From assembly GCA_000004985.1 (NCBI GenBank), contig GG738865.1: 64,000 bases of DNA; one strand, given 5' to 3'. Shown piece by piece: positions 46,331-57,065 of this stretch (the first letter of the stretch is position 1; every line of letters starts with the position of its first letter). The position numbers were made by a program, and so were the translations under genes. The stretch is from Naegleria gruberi (Eukaryota). The notes beneath the pieces were generated by a model that saw only the letters and a list, made by a program, of their open reading frames with translations, ran no database searches and was not told where the DNA came from.

Positions 46331-47791
46331 ATGATAGAGCAACAAATGATTGAGTCGTTTAGTCAATACTTTCAGAATATAATGATCATACTGTTGGGAT
46401 GTTATATTGGATGGATTGTCTTTTCAAATGTGATTCGTAAATATATCTACTCAATGGTTGATAGTAAAGTGTACGAGATGGGAAAATCATTCACAGAACA
46501 TTTAATTAATCAAACGAGGGGTTTTGAGTGCAAAGTCTACTCGTGTAAAACTAAGGACGGTTGTAAATTACAACTCTTTAGAATTATTTATAAGGGAAAT
46601 GATGCTGATCATTCGAATAATGTTTCATTGAGTCCTCAATCAACCATTAGATATTGTCCATCGGCACAACAAGTTGAGGAATTGTTAAGAGAGAGTGAAC
46701 AACTTTCAAAGAAACCAGTTGTGGTGTTGCAACATGGATTGTTAGAGGCCATGACTGTCTTTGTGCTACATGAAGATTCCATCGCATTCCAATTGGCCAA
46801 GAAGGGTTTTGATGTTTGGTTGGTCAATAATAGAACCTCACTGTTTGGTCAACAACATCTGGTTTCCAGAATTCATGATGAAGTCGAATTTTGGAAATTC
46901 TCTATTGATGAAATTGCCAAATATGATATGCCAGCAATAATAGATTTTGTTAGAAACGCAACTTGCCAATCAAAGATTTGTTGGGTTGGAATGTCCCAAG
47001 GAGCTGGTCAACTCTTTGCTGCCCTCTCACAAACTGAGTATGCCCACTATAAGAATTATCTTTCTGCTATTGTTGGACTGTCGCCAGCATGTTTCTTGAA
47101 GAAGAATCCAGAATCTACCTTTCTTAGACTCTTAATTAAGACTCCCTCATTCATTTTCGGAAGGAGAGAATTCATGCTTATTATTCTTATTGGACAACTG
47201 TTATTACCTGCCTCATTCCTTGCCAAGGGAGGTGAATATGCTCTCAAACTATTGAATATTCAACAAAAACCACTCCCAAACCATCCCCTGAAAGGTGAAT
47301 GGTTTAAGAACATTCCACTGGGATGTACCTCTGTAAATAATGTGGTTCACTGGTTAAGGATGTTAAACATTGGAGGATGTTTGAGAAAATTCAATGGAAT
47401 TGAAAAGTATCCAATTGATGAAATGTTAGATAGATGGAGAGAGGTCTACCACTCCAATTTGAGTCATCAGCAACAAGATAAGAAGCAACAAGAATATGTG
47501 CCACCTCTCTTTGTCTTTTTGGGAGGAAAGGATAATGTAATTGACTATGAAGAGAGTATCAAACATTTTGGCTGTTGTGACTCTGTGTTGGTGACTGATG
47601 AAACAGGTGAACATCCACCCAAGAATATTTCAACATGTCCAGGAAGTTGTCCAGTGTCCAACAATGTTCGTTGCAAGATTCTATTCGATCCAGAGTATGG
47701 TCACACTGATTTCCTTTGGGCTGAACCAGATGCCAAACACCAAAGACATTATGATAAGGTTATTCAATTCTTGGAGGAACATGTTCAATAG
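46331..47791 (+). CDS. Alpha/beta-hydrolase of the acid (lysosomal/gastric) lipase family, with an N-terminal signal anchor (486 aa).
   Basis: KKPVVVLQHGLLEAMTVFVL...SIAFQLAKKGFDVWLVNNRTS matches the abhydro_lipase N-terminal signature (PVxFLQHGLL...LADAGYDVWLGNSRGN). The nucleophile elbow is GMSQG (GxSxG), and there is a hydrophobic N-terminal segment. Single exon. Confidence 0.75.
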   Translation: MIEQQMIESFSQYFQNIMIILLGCYIGWIVFSNVIRKYIYSMVDSKVYEMGKSFTEHLINQTRGFECKVYSCKTKDGCKLQLFRIIYKGNDADHSNNVSLSPQSTIRYCPSAQQVEELLRESEQLSKKPVVVLQHGLLEAMTVFVLHEDSIAFQLAKKGFDVWLVNNRTSLFGQQHLVSRIHDEVEFWKFSIDEIAKYDMPAIIDFVRNATCQSKICWVGMSQGAGQLFAALSQTEYAHYKNYLSAIVGLSPACFLKKNPESTFLRLLIKTPSFIFGRREFMLIILIGQLLLPASFLAKGGEYALKLLNIQQKPLPNHPLKGEWFKNIPLGCTSVNNVVHWLRMLNIGGCLRKFNGIEKYPIDEMLDRWREVYHSNLSHQQQDKKQQEYVPPLFVFLGGKDNVIDYEESIKHFGCCDSVLVTDETGEHPPKNISTCPGSCPVSNNVRCKILFDPEYGHTDFLWAEPDAKHQRHYDKVIQFLEEHVQ

Positions 47792-48086
47792 GAATGAATT
47801 ATTGTACAATTTCACCTTTTTAACAATGATACCTGGTACTTGTGTGACATTGGTTAATAGACACATTCCGAAGGCTGCTTTTAAGATACCTTCAATCCTC
47901 ATCATCATTCCAATGTTGTTTGTTGAAGAAAATGTTGTAGGTGTTATCCACTCACTTTGAAAAAACTCCATTAATTCACCATATGGACTGCAATAAATTT
48001 GGTTGGTGGATAGCTGTTAAATTAGATTCAATCAAAATTTTTAAAATAAAATTAAAAAATTTAAAAAATTGTTTGTTGAAAAAAAA

Positions 48087-50432
48087 ATGAAAAAGACACT
48101 CTCCCTCTACTCTAAATCAGGATTGAAGACTGCTTCAACTACCTCCACTGCTACTTCCAGTGTGATGGTGATGAAGAGAAACTTTTCTAAAAATACTTTC
48201 AAGAGACTGGAATTTATTGATACTGAGGATAAAGTAGTGTTGGAACACATTTCCAAGGAACAACTTGCTCACCTTGCCAAACTCAGAAATATTGGTATTT
48301 CTGCTCACATTGACAGTGGTAAAACAACATTGACCGAACGTATTCTTTTCTATACCGGTCGTATCAAGGAAATTCACGAAGTTAAAGGTACTGATGGTGT
48401 TGGTGCCACTATGGATTCTATGGATTTGGAAAGAGAAAAGGGTATCACTATTCAATCTGCTGCTACTCACTGTGAATGGGACAAGCATCACATTAATATT
48501 ATTGATACTCCAGGTCACGTTGACTTTACAATTGAAGTTGAAAGAGCTTTGAGAGTTTTGGATGGTGCTATTTTGATTTTATGTTCAGTTTCTGGTGTTC
48601 AATCACAATCTTTAACTGTCGATCGTCAAATGAAGAGATATGGTGTTCCACGTTTGTGTTTCATCAACAAATTGGATCGTTTGGGAGCTAATCCAGATCG
48701 TGTCATTGCACAAGTCAGAGACAAGTTAAAGTTGAACGCTGCTGCTGTTCAAATTCCAATGGGTTTGGAAGATAACTTGCAAGGTGTTGTTGACGTTATT
48801 GAAATGAAGGCCCTCTATTTTGAAGGTGACAATGGTGAAAAGATTACAAAGAAGGAAATTCCAGAAAGATATTTGGAAGAAGCTCAAACAAAGAGAGCTG
48901 AATTATTTGAAAGATTGGCTGAAGTTGATGATGAATTTGCTGAAGTTTATTTGGAAGATGGTGAAATTACTGAATCACTCATTCACACCACAATTCGTAG
49001 AGTTACTATTGCTAACAAATTCGCTCCTGTTTTCATGGGTAGTGCCAAGAAGAATACTGGTATCCAAGCTTTGTTGAATGGTGTCCTTCGTTATTTACCA
49101 AATCCTGCTCAAGTTAAAAACACAGCTATTGATTGTTCTGAAGAAAAGGCAGGTTTACCAGAAGCTGAAAGAAAGGTTGAAATTCATGCCGACAATACTA
49201 AACCATTCATTGGTTTGGCTTTCAAATTGGAAGAAGGTAAATACGGTCAATTGACATATATGAGAGTTTATCAAGGTACATTGAAGAAGGGTACTTCAAT
49301 TACTAATGCCAGAACTGGTGACAAGTTGAAGGTACCAAGATTGGTCAGAATGCACGCTAACGAAATGGAAGATATTACAGAAATTGGACCAGGTGAAATT
49401 TGTGCCGTTTTTGGTGTTGATTGTGCTTCTGGTGATACATTTATTTCATCTGCAAAGAATAAGTTCACTTTGGAAACTATGTTTATTCCTGAACCAGTCG
49501 TTTCCAAGTCTGTTCAACTTAAGGATCGTGCTAAGGAAAACATTTTTGCCAAGTGTTTGAACAAATTCCAACGTGAAGATCCAACATTTAAGGTTACATT
49601 CGATCCAGAAGGTAATCAAACCATTATCAGTGGTATGGGTGAATTGCACTTGGATATCTATGTTGAAAGAATGAAACGTGAATTTGATTGTGAAGTTATT
49701 GTTGGTAAGCCATATGTTGCTTATCGTGAAACTATTCAAGGACGTGGTGAATACAATTACACTCACAAGAAACAATCTGGTGGTGCTGGTCAATATGCTA
49801 AGGTTATTGGTCACATTGAATCAATGACTGAAGAAGAAATGGCTGAACATCCAGACAAATTCATGTTTGAAAATCGTATTATTGGTAACGCTATTACACC
49901 ATCATATATTACTGGTTGTGAAAGAGGTTTCCGTGAATCTGTTGTTAAGGGACCATTGATTGGTTGTCCTGTTTGGGGTGTTAAGGCAATTTTGAGCGAT
50001 GGTGCTACTCACCCTGTCGATTCGAGTGAAATGGCCTTTAGATTTGCTTGTGAACAAGGTTTCAGACAAGCTTTTGAAAAATCAAGACCTGCAATTCTTG
50101 AACCAATTATGAAGGTTGAAATTGTTGTTCCAGAAGAATTCCAAGGTGAAGTTTTGGGCAGTATCAATCAAAGACGTGGTCAAGTTACAAATTCTGAAAG
50201 AAGTGCCATCGATGCCAGTTGGACAATTTGGGCTGAAGTTCCTTTGGCTGAAATGTTCGGTTATACAACAACTTTGAGAAGTTTAACACAAGGTAAAGGT
50301 GAATGTTCAATGGAATATTTCACTCACCGTGTTGTTACTCCAGATATTCAACAAAAGATTATTGACGAAAAGAGTAAGGAAAGTGGAAACGGAGGTGAAG
50401 CTAAGGCTGAATCTGGTAAGAAGAAGAAATAA
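48087..50432 (+). CDS. GFM1: Mitochondrial translation elongation factor G (EF-G1/GFM1-type, 781 aa from ATG 48087).
   Basis: G-domain motifs [17 protein letters not shown] and NKLD are present, with domains II-V of EF-G conserved throughout. The N-terminus [38 protein letters not shown] is basic and hydroxylated, like a mitochondrial presequence. The listed ORF start at 48069 is a TTG; the A-run ATG at 48087 is preferred. Confidence 0.93.
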   Translation: MKKTLSLYSKSGLKTASTTSTATSSVMVMKRNFSKNTFKRLEFIDTEDKVVLEHISKEQLAHLAKLRNIGISAHIDSGKTTLTERILFYTGRIKEIHEVKGTDGVGATMDSMDLEREKGITIQSAATHCEWDKHHINIIDTPGHVDFTIEVERALRVLDGAILILCSVSGVQSQSLTVDRQMKRYGVPRLCFINKLDRLGANPDRVIAQVRDKLKLNAAAVQIPMGLEDNLQGVVDVIEMKALYFEGDNGEKITKKEIPERYLEEAQTKRAELFERLAEVDDEFAEVYLEDGEITESLIHTTIRRVTIANKFAPVFMGSAKKNTGIQALLNGVLRYLPNPAQVKNTAIDCSEEKAGLPEAERKVEIHADNTKPFIGLAFKLEEGKYGQLTYMRVYQGTLKKGTSITNARTGDKLKVPRLVRMHANEMEDITEIGPGEICAVFGVDCASGDTFISSAKNKFTLETMFIPEPVVSKSVQLKDRAKENIFAKCLNKFQREDPTFKVTFDPEGNQTIISGMGELHLDIYVERMKREFDCEVIVGKPYVAYRETIQGRGEYNYTHKKQSGGAGQYAKVIGHIESMTEEEMAEHPDKFMFENRIIGNAITPSYITGCERGFRESVVKGPLIGCPVWGVKAILSDGATHPVDSSEMAFRFACEQGFRQAFEKSRPAILEPIMKVEIVVPEEFQGEVLGSINQRRGQVTNSERSAIDASWTIWAEVPLAEMFGYTTTLRSLTQGKGECSMEYFTHRVVTPDIQQKIIDEKSKESGNGGEAKAESGKKKK

Positions 50433-50813
50433 ACTAATTGATAAAATACTTAATGTAAATAGAATTGGTTAGTTTTCTTTAATTTAATATTTGTATTAAC
50501 ATTTCCTTCAGGAAAAAGTTAACGAATACTTTGAAAAGGGCCGATTTATTCCAAGAATTTTATTTGCCATTTTTAGAAATTGGAAAACCTTAAGTTGACC
50601 GTAATTTGAAAACTTTTGAAACATTGGAAATTCCATGTTTTATTATTGTAATATGCTCCTTAAATTCCTTGTTAAGGTCTTACTGTAATCCTCAAACATT
50701 CAAACAGTACGATTCACAATTCCCAACAAACATTCTCTTCATTGTCCAATGTTGAACGGCCTTGCGGTTTGCACACACTTTTCTTGAAGAAAAAAATTAA
50801 CAACAAACTCAAC

Positions 50814-53800
50814 ATGAGGAGCAACCTTAATTGGCTTAATTGCTTACTGTTAACAGCCTTTGTGTTAGCGCTCTTTTCCTTTCACACGAAGGGTACTGTG
50901 CTAGAGTATTGCGATACAATGACAAATATTCCACCTCTTTGCTCGAATCAACAAAATCTAGGACATGCTGTTGATATAGAGTTGCCAGGTGGATATAGTG
51001 AAGTAGGAATGAATGTTACAACACAATTGGTTGGCTTTATCAATGACCAAAATGAAGATTTGTATCACTTGGTGAATGCTCCTACTTTGGTTGATAAATA
51101 CATTTCAAAACTTAAGAGGGTAAGCAAGAATGGTGCAGAGATTTGGACATTAGACATTCAAAGTGATTGCAGCACAAGTGCATCAGTAGTTAGTCAAACT
51201 CTTTCCTTTGCTTCGGATGGTACTATTGTGTTATCTGGTTGGATTATTACAAAGGAAAGAGCATGTTTTAGGGGTACAAAACTATCCTCAAAAACCTCTC
51301 AAAACAATAGAAAAGTTCCATTCATTGCCTTCGTATCATCAACTGGCTATGTGATTTCTGTAATTTCCTTAGAAAATGACTTCCCTGATGCATCAATTTC
51401 ACATGTTGATTTAGACCATTCCGACTCGAACAAACTCTATCTTATCATCAGAATGGATTCAAGATTATTGATTGCATGTTACAATGACGGTAGATTAATG
51501 TGGAACAATGTAATATCCTCTTGTGCAGATCCAAGTAAATGTCAGGCTGCAGGTTTGAGTTATTCACCATTTGGGAAAATTTTGGTCACACTTTATGAAA
51601 GTGATGGAACTAATTTCCAATTCGCTGCTCAAGGTTTCAATTTTGTTTCACACAAATCTGGAATCTACATAGCGACATTTAGCTCAGATGATGGTTTGTT
51701 CTCTTCTATTGATATGGTGTTCCACAGTACCTCAGTTAACATGGGAGCACCAAAGACAGTTTTGGATCGTTTAGGAAAATTACACCTACTGATTGCATGT
51801 GAGGCTAATTGCTACATAAGCGGTTCCATTGCAAATCCAGGTGTCTTCTTGTTGAGATATTACAATGGAGCTGTTGAAAAATTAAACAGATTCATTTCCC
51901 TTATATTATCCAAAATTAAGCTTCAAAGCCTTGCATTAGACAGAGATCTATCTATCTATGCAATTATTAATGGATTGACATCATTTTCAATAATTGATGA
52001 CACCGATGGCAGAGTATCAAATTTTCTTGATATTGGAGTTCTTTGTAAATTCAGATACTCAGATGGAAAGATTTTATGGTTACGAAAAATAGCTGACGAT
52101 CCAACTCTGGATTACTACCACGTAAGTCCTTCCAGCATAATGGTTAATAAGAAGGCCACTGTTGATGAAATTATTCCAACCATGTTCACATATCTCAGAG
52201 ATGGCACAAGAAGAACAGCCTGGATTGAATCATACACTGCTCGTTACGATACAACTGAATCATCATCTGCTAGAATAGGAGGATCTGGAGGATCAACAAC
52301 ACACACAACAAGTGACAAAGTTACTGCAATTCTTTTTGGAACCACTTCAGATTATGTTAGGGATATTGGATTTGAATTCAAATCTGTACCTGCTTTCCAA
52401 GGCGGGTTAGGAATTAGATATGCCATTGACAGTGATGAATATTTCACCTCGATTGACTATTGTGTTGGTGGTAATTCATATACCACAGTAGAATATATCA
52501 AATTCAACACAAACAAGAAGTCTTTTTCAAATGGTAAATGTCGTAGTTCCCTTCAAACTGAAAGCGTTCCAAAAGGTAAAGAACTTGTTGGTTTCACAGT
52601 CAACATAGGTATATATCTGGATTCAATCAAGTTTTACTATCGTAGCCCATATATTTGCATGACTGGCACAGAAGGGGACAAGTGTGACACCAATGTATGC
52701 TATGGTATTTCTTCCAAGTCCGCACTGAAATGTAGTGGTAAGGGTAATTGCGTTGGGCCTAATACTTGCTCATGTTATTTTGGATATTTTGGGTCTAATT
52801 GTGAACAGAAAACTACATGTTTTGGTATTGACTTTGATTCAAAAACAGTTTGTTCTGGAAATGGAAATTGTTATGGGCCGAATACTTGTCGGTGTAATGG
52901 TAGATATACTGGAAACCAATGTCAATACGCAACATGTAATGGAATAATTCAATCGGATAGCAAGGTGTGTTCAGGTCATGGATCATGTATTAAGGAAGAT
53001 ACATGTTCCTGCCAAGAGGGATATTCTGGTCCGTCATGTAGCACATATTCGTGTTCAGGAATTTTAAATTCTGATTCGAAAGCTTGTTCAACACATGGAG
53101 TTTGTTCAAGTTTAAATAATTGCACATGCTTAGTTGGTTATTTTGGTAGTACTTGTAACGAATTCGAGTGTGGGGGTATCAATGCCAAGTCTAATCTTAC
53201 CTGCACAGGAAGAGGAATTTGTTCTTCTTCAAATAATTGTAAATGTTTAGCCCCTAATTCTTATGGAGACAATTGTGAATCATGTAAGGAAGGGTATTAT
53301 GGAAGCAAATGTGAAAAATGGAATTGTAATGGTATTGAGAACACGTCGCCTGATGTATGTGGTGGTAGAGGACAATGTGTCGCTCCAAATCAATGTAAAT
53401 GTACTTCAACTGCCACTGGTTCATTTTGTGAACAATGTGTTACAGGTTATTTTGGACTTAAGTGCGGTAATTGGACATGTAATGGTATTGAAAACACAGC
53501 CACAAATGTTTGTAACCACAGAGGAAGTTGTATTGCATATGATAATTGTCAATGTTCTTCAAGATCTTATGGTTCCAGTTGTGAATCATGTGTTGGATTG
53601 TTTACTGGTGCTCTCTGTTCTGAATGTTCTGGACACCTCGAAGGAGATGAAGAATGTTTAAATTATGCTGTCACCGATCCAGAATACTATGCTTTTACTG
53701 ATGATAATAGGTTAGAATTTCTTCAATTTATAGTAATGTCAACAGGTATTGTGAATTCTACCGATTATGCTTGTAGCAAGTTGTTTACTAATCTAGAGAA

Positions 53801-56800
53801 TGAAATTGGTATAGGTTTGGAATGTACTGTTAGGAATGGCACAGTTTCTCCTTCTAATACTGTCAATAGAGCTTATTTAATTACTGTTAAAACTTTTCAA
53901 GGTACAATGAGTCCAAGTAAACCAATACATTTCAACATCTTTTGGGCAAATCCACAAAAAAAACCATCCTATACCACCCTTAACATTAGTGTAAAAGAGT
54001 TTTATACAAAGAATTCGATTGGTTTAGATTTGTATGCTGAGCAATATAGGGTGTAAACAGATGTTATGACACACAATTACGTTTACATTACTCGCAACCA
54101 GAACACCGATACACTTTCACATCCATTAAATGGAACATTACAAATTCAAATAATCTCCAAACTGTTCCTAAAATTGTGCAAGCTGTAGAAACTGCCAAAA
54201 ACAGTCTTGACTTGACTATTCCATTCGTACCAGAAATGCTCACTAATGAAACTCTAATTGTAACAGTGACTTTTGTATCTGCTTTTGGTCAACAAGCCGT
54301 AAAATCATTCCCACTTAAATTAAGTAAACCTTATCCTAAACCAAGTTCTACCATTCCTACTAGAACAGTTACCTTCCTTAGTTCAGAAGATGAGACTATT
54401 CCTCTTCGAGAATTCTATGAAAATCCTGAATGTTTAGATCAAGGAATCGTTCCATCCTTTTCCCTGTATCGCGGTTACTATGATGATTATTTTACTATGG
54501 ATCGTACTAGTTCACATTCGGTTATTCTTACCTCAGATTTAATTATTGTTAAATCTTTAACGTTTACAAATGAGGAAATACTGCCCATATGGTTTGGCAA
54601 TTCAGCAAGAATCCGGTTAGATGTTCGTTACCTTCCACCTATTCCAAAAATAGTCGAATCGATTGTTTATTATAACTTTATACAGCCAAGCATTACCATT
54701 GCTTGTAGGAGTCCTTATGGAGATTCATATTTTTACAGCAGCATCAGATATTCGTTGTTAGAGGATTCTTCCAAAATAGCGAATGGATACGCTTCCTCTG
54801 CAACTGTTCCAGTTAGAGTACTGAGTGCTGCTAATCCAGACTCTGCAGTATCGAGTGCTCTTTTCGAATTGACTTGTAGTGGGCCAAATAGGCTTGGAGA
54901 TACTTCCATTTCAAAATATGTGACATTTATTAAAGAACAACCTGCAAGTAGTACACCTCACCAGGATATTGTAAAATTCTTGCAGTTTCATTGAAGACTC
55001 CAAATGGAAGAAGTACAATACCTTATTCAGAAAATGATCAAACCTATAATCTTGAAGTGGTATCTTCAAGTAATGATTGCAAGTTAAGAGTTATCTTATC
55101 CAATCCAATCAGCTATAATTCTGTTGAATTATTATCAACTACACTTTCCAATACCATCAGCACTGTACCAGTAGTATTCAAACAGAGCACTCTCTCAAAG
55201 TTTACAATGGCAAAGAGTTCTACAACAATGTCTTTATATGCCGCTAATGATCTCTCTGTACAAGGTCAAAGTATTGAACTTCAAGGCAAATTTTTTACAA
55301 TAATTGACATGTGTTCAATTTCTCCATCCACCATTGAAATTGGAATAACCAAAGCAACACTTTCATGTACATCTGACCTTGTTACCACATCGACAAAGAT
55401 TGAGCTCTATCATGATGGACTCTTGGTTGGTAAATCTGCCAGTTTCCCAATTGACTTTGTAACATCAAGGTCAGGACAATCTTTTAAGGTTGTAATTTAT
55501 GACACACTTACTGGTGGTAAAGCTAGTGAAGATATACTCTTGTCAAAAGCCATTACGTTCAGTACTAAATCATTACTTACAAGTAGTTTCGTATCAAAAA
55601 TTGCAAGTCAAATGGCAATCATTTCACAATCGAATAGTGCCAGTTTTAAAGACATTTCCAGTAATAATAATTATATTGTTTCAATGATTAATAATATTGG
55701 AATAGCTACAGAGATTGTGCAAAAGGAAATCGCTTCATTGACTCCAAAAGCTTTGGATATGTCAATTACGGCAATTTCGAAAGACATGAAAGAGTCAAGT
55801 CCATCTCTAGGCTCGTTCTCAACCATGGTCAACCAGATAAAGGACTTGTCCAATCCTGAATATTTAACTGATTCAAATGTTGAGAAAACTACTCAAATTG
55901 TAAACGAATTTGTTTCATATACTCAAAGATTGACAAACTGGGATGATGGGATTTCTGCTTCGCTTTCTAATATTGTAACAAACATTGCTCCAAAGATATC
56001 TGAAACCACTACAATGTCCATGATTTCTAAAATTGCGTTTTCTACTATTTCCAAAAGTTCACAATTCACATTCACAACCACAAACTTTTTCCCAGATAAG
56101 AAACCTTCCAATTTGATTATTGTGAATGCAGTAAAGTCCAGTTACGTCTCCATGAACTCACTTTCGATTACATCCGAATCCAAAGTCCCACTAGTCTCAT
56201 TCCAATTGTCCAAACACAAGACAACAGCTCAAGCCAATGAAGAAATCATAGTTTCACACTCAGTTTTCAAATATCCATCATCAAAGCGATCCATTACAAC
56301 ACCTAAAAGAGATTTCATTTCCCAATTGAGTATTTCTTCAAAAAACATTTTGGAAGGAACTGCTTCATTCAATATTCCTCTCCCATCGTATGCTTCACCA
56401 ATTAGTCCTCTAATCAAACAAACTTTCAGATGTATTACTGTATACGACATGAAGGATTTCCAAGTTGAAACGTATTGTAAATACGCCAGCAATTCCAAAC
56501 AATATTTATCTGAATTTCAATCTGATTCAACAACTGTTGTAACATGTTCATGCGATTTGAATTATTTATCAAAGCAATCTCAATTTTCAATGATTGGTGT
56601 AACAGCTGAGTATTTGGAAGATGATTCTGCCTATAGAGCAGACCAAGATGCAAAGGTAGCAGCTGGTGTATCTGTTGCACTCATATTCGTTATTCTTTTT
56701 ATTGTTGGAATAGTTCTATTGGGTGTTGGAATTTCAGTCTTTTTGTATTTTAGAAAGAAGAAACAAATGCCACCTGCCCAATTCCCTGCCAATTCACAAC

Positions 56801-57009
56801 CATCGATTCAGTACACTACACAACCCTCAAGTAGCACCATCAATACCTCTACTCCTGATTTATTGGTTGCCTATTCTGTAAATGCTGATTTTGAATTGGG
56901 AACTGTAAATGCTGGTCAGCATTGGTCAGTTCCAAATCAAATCCATTTAGGTGCTATGGATGGTATCGAAAATGTGACAGCACAAAATATTCAACCAACT
57001 TCAATTTAG
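50814..57009 (+). CDS. Large type I membrane glycoprotein. The order is signal peptide, a roughly 600-aa N-terminal domain, at least 10 tandem tenascin/laminin-type EGF repeats, a long Ser/Thr-rich stalk, a single TM, then a Pro/Ser/Thr-rich cytoplasmic tail. The gene model is interrupted by two frame breaks (at about 54049..54053 and about 54973..54991) and would be about 2060 aa if continuous.
   Basis: ORF 50742..54056 has the real start at ATG 50814 (MRSNLNWLNCLLLTAFVLALFSF, a signal peptide) and repeated CxGxGxCxxPNxCxCxxGYxGxxC modules across 52650..53650. ORF 54176..54994 is open in its own frame from 54050, and ORF 54991..57009 ends with the TM helix VAAGVSVALIFVILFIVGIVLLGVGISVFLYF plus a tail. 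Only the first ORF has a signal peptide and only the last has a TM, so one gene is implied. Each junction is consistent with a single missing base in the sequence: the GGG run at 54049..54051 and the AAAA run at 54973..54976. Alternatively the first junction could be an intron at 54053..54204. Confidence 0.5.
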
Positions 57010-57065
57010 TGGTAAATGATTCAATATTGCGAACAGGTTATTAAAAAAATACCAATAAAATTGAT

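Noticed and set aside
54971-54996. A 26-nt micro-intron (GTAAAA...TTGAAG) that would join ORF 54176..54994 to ORF 54991..57009.
   Set aside because: All verified introns here are at least 42 nt and have stronger donors. A one-base A-run correction gives a cleaner continuous protein, so this is reported as a frame break rather than an intron.
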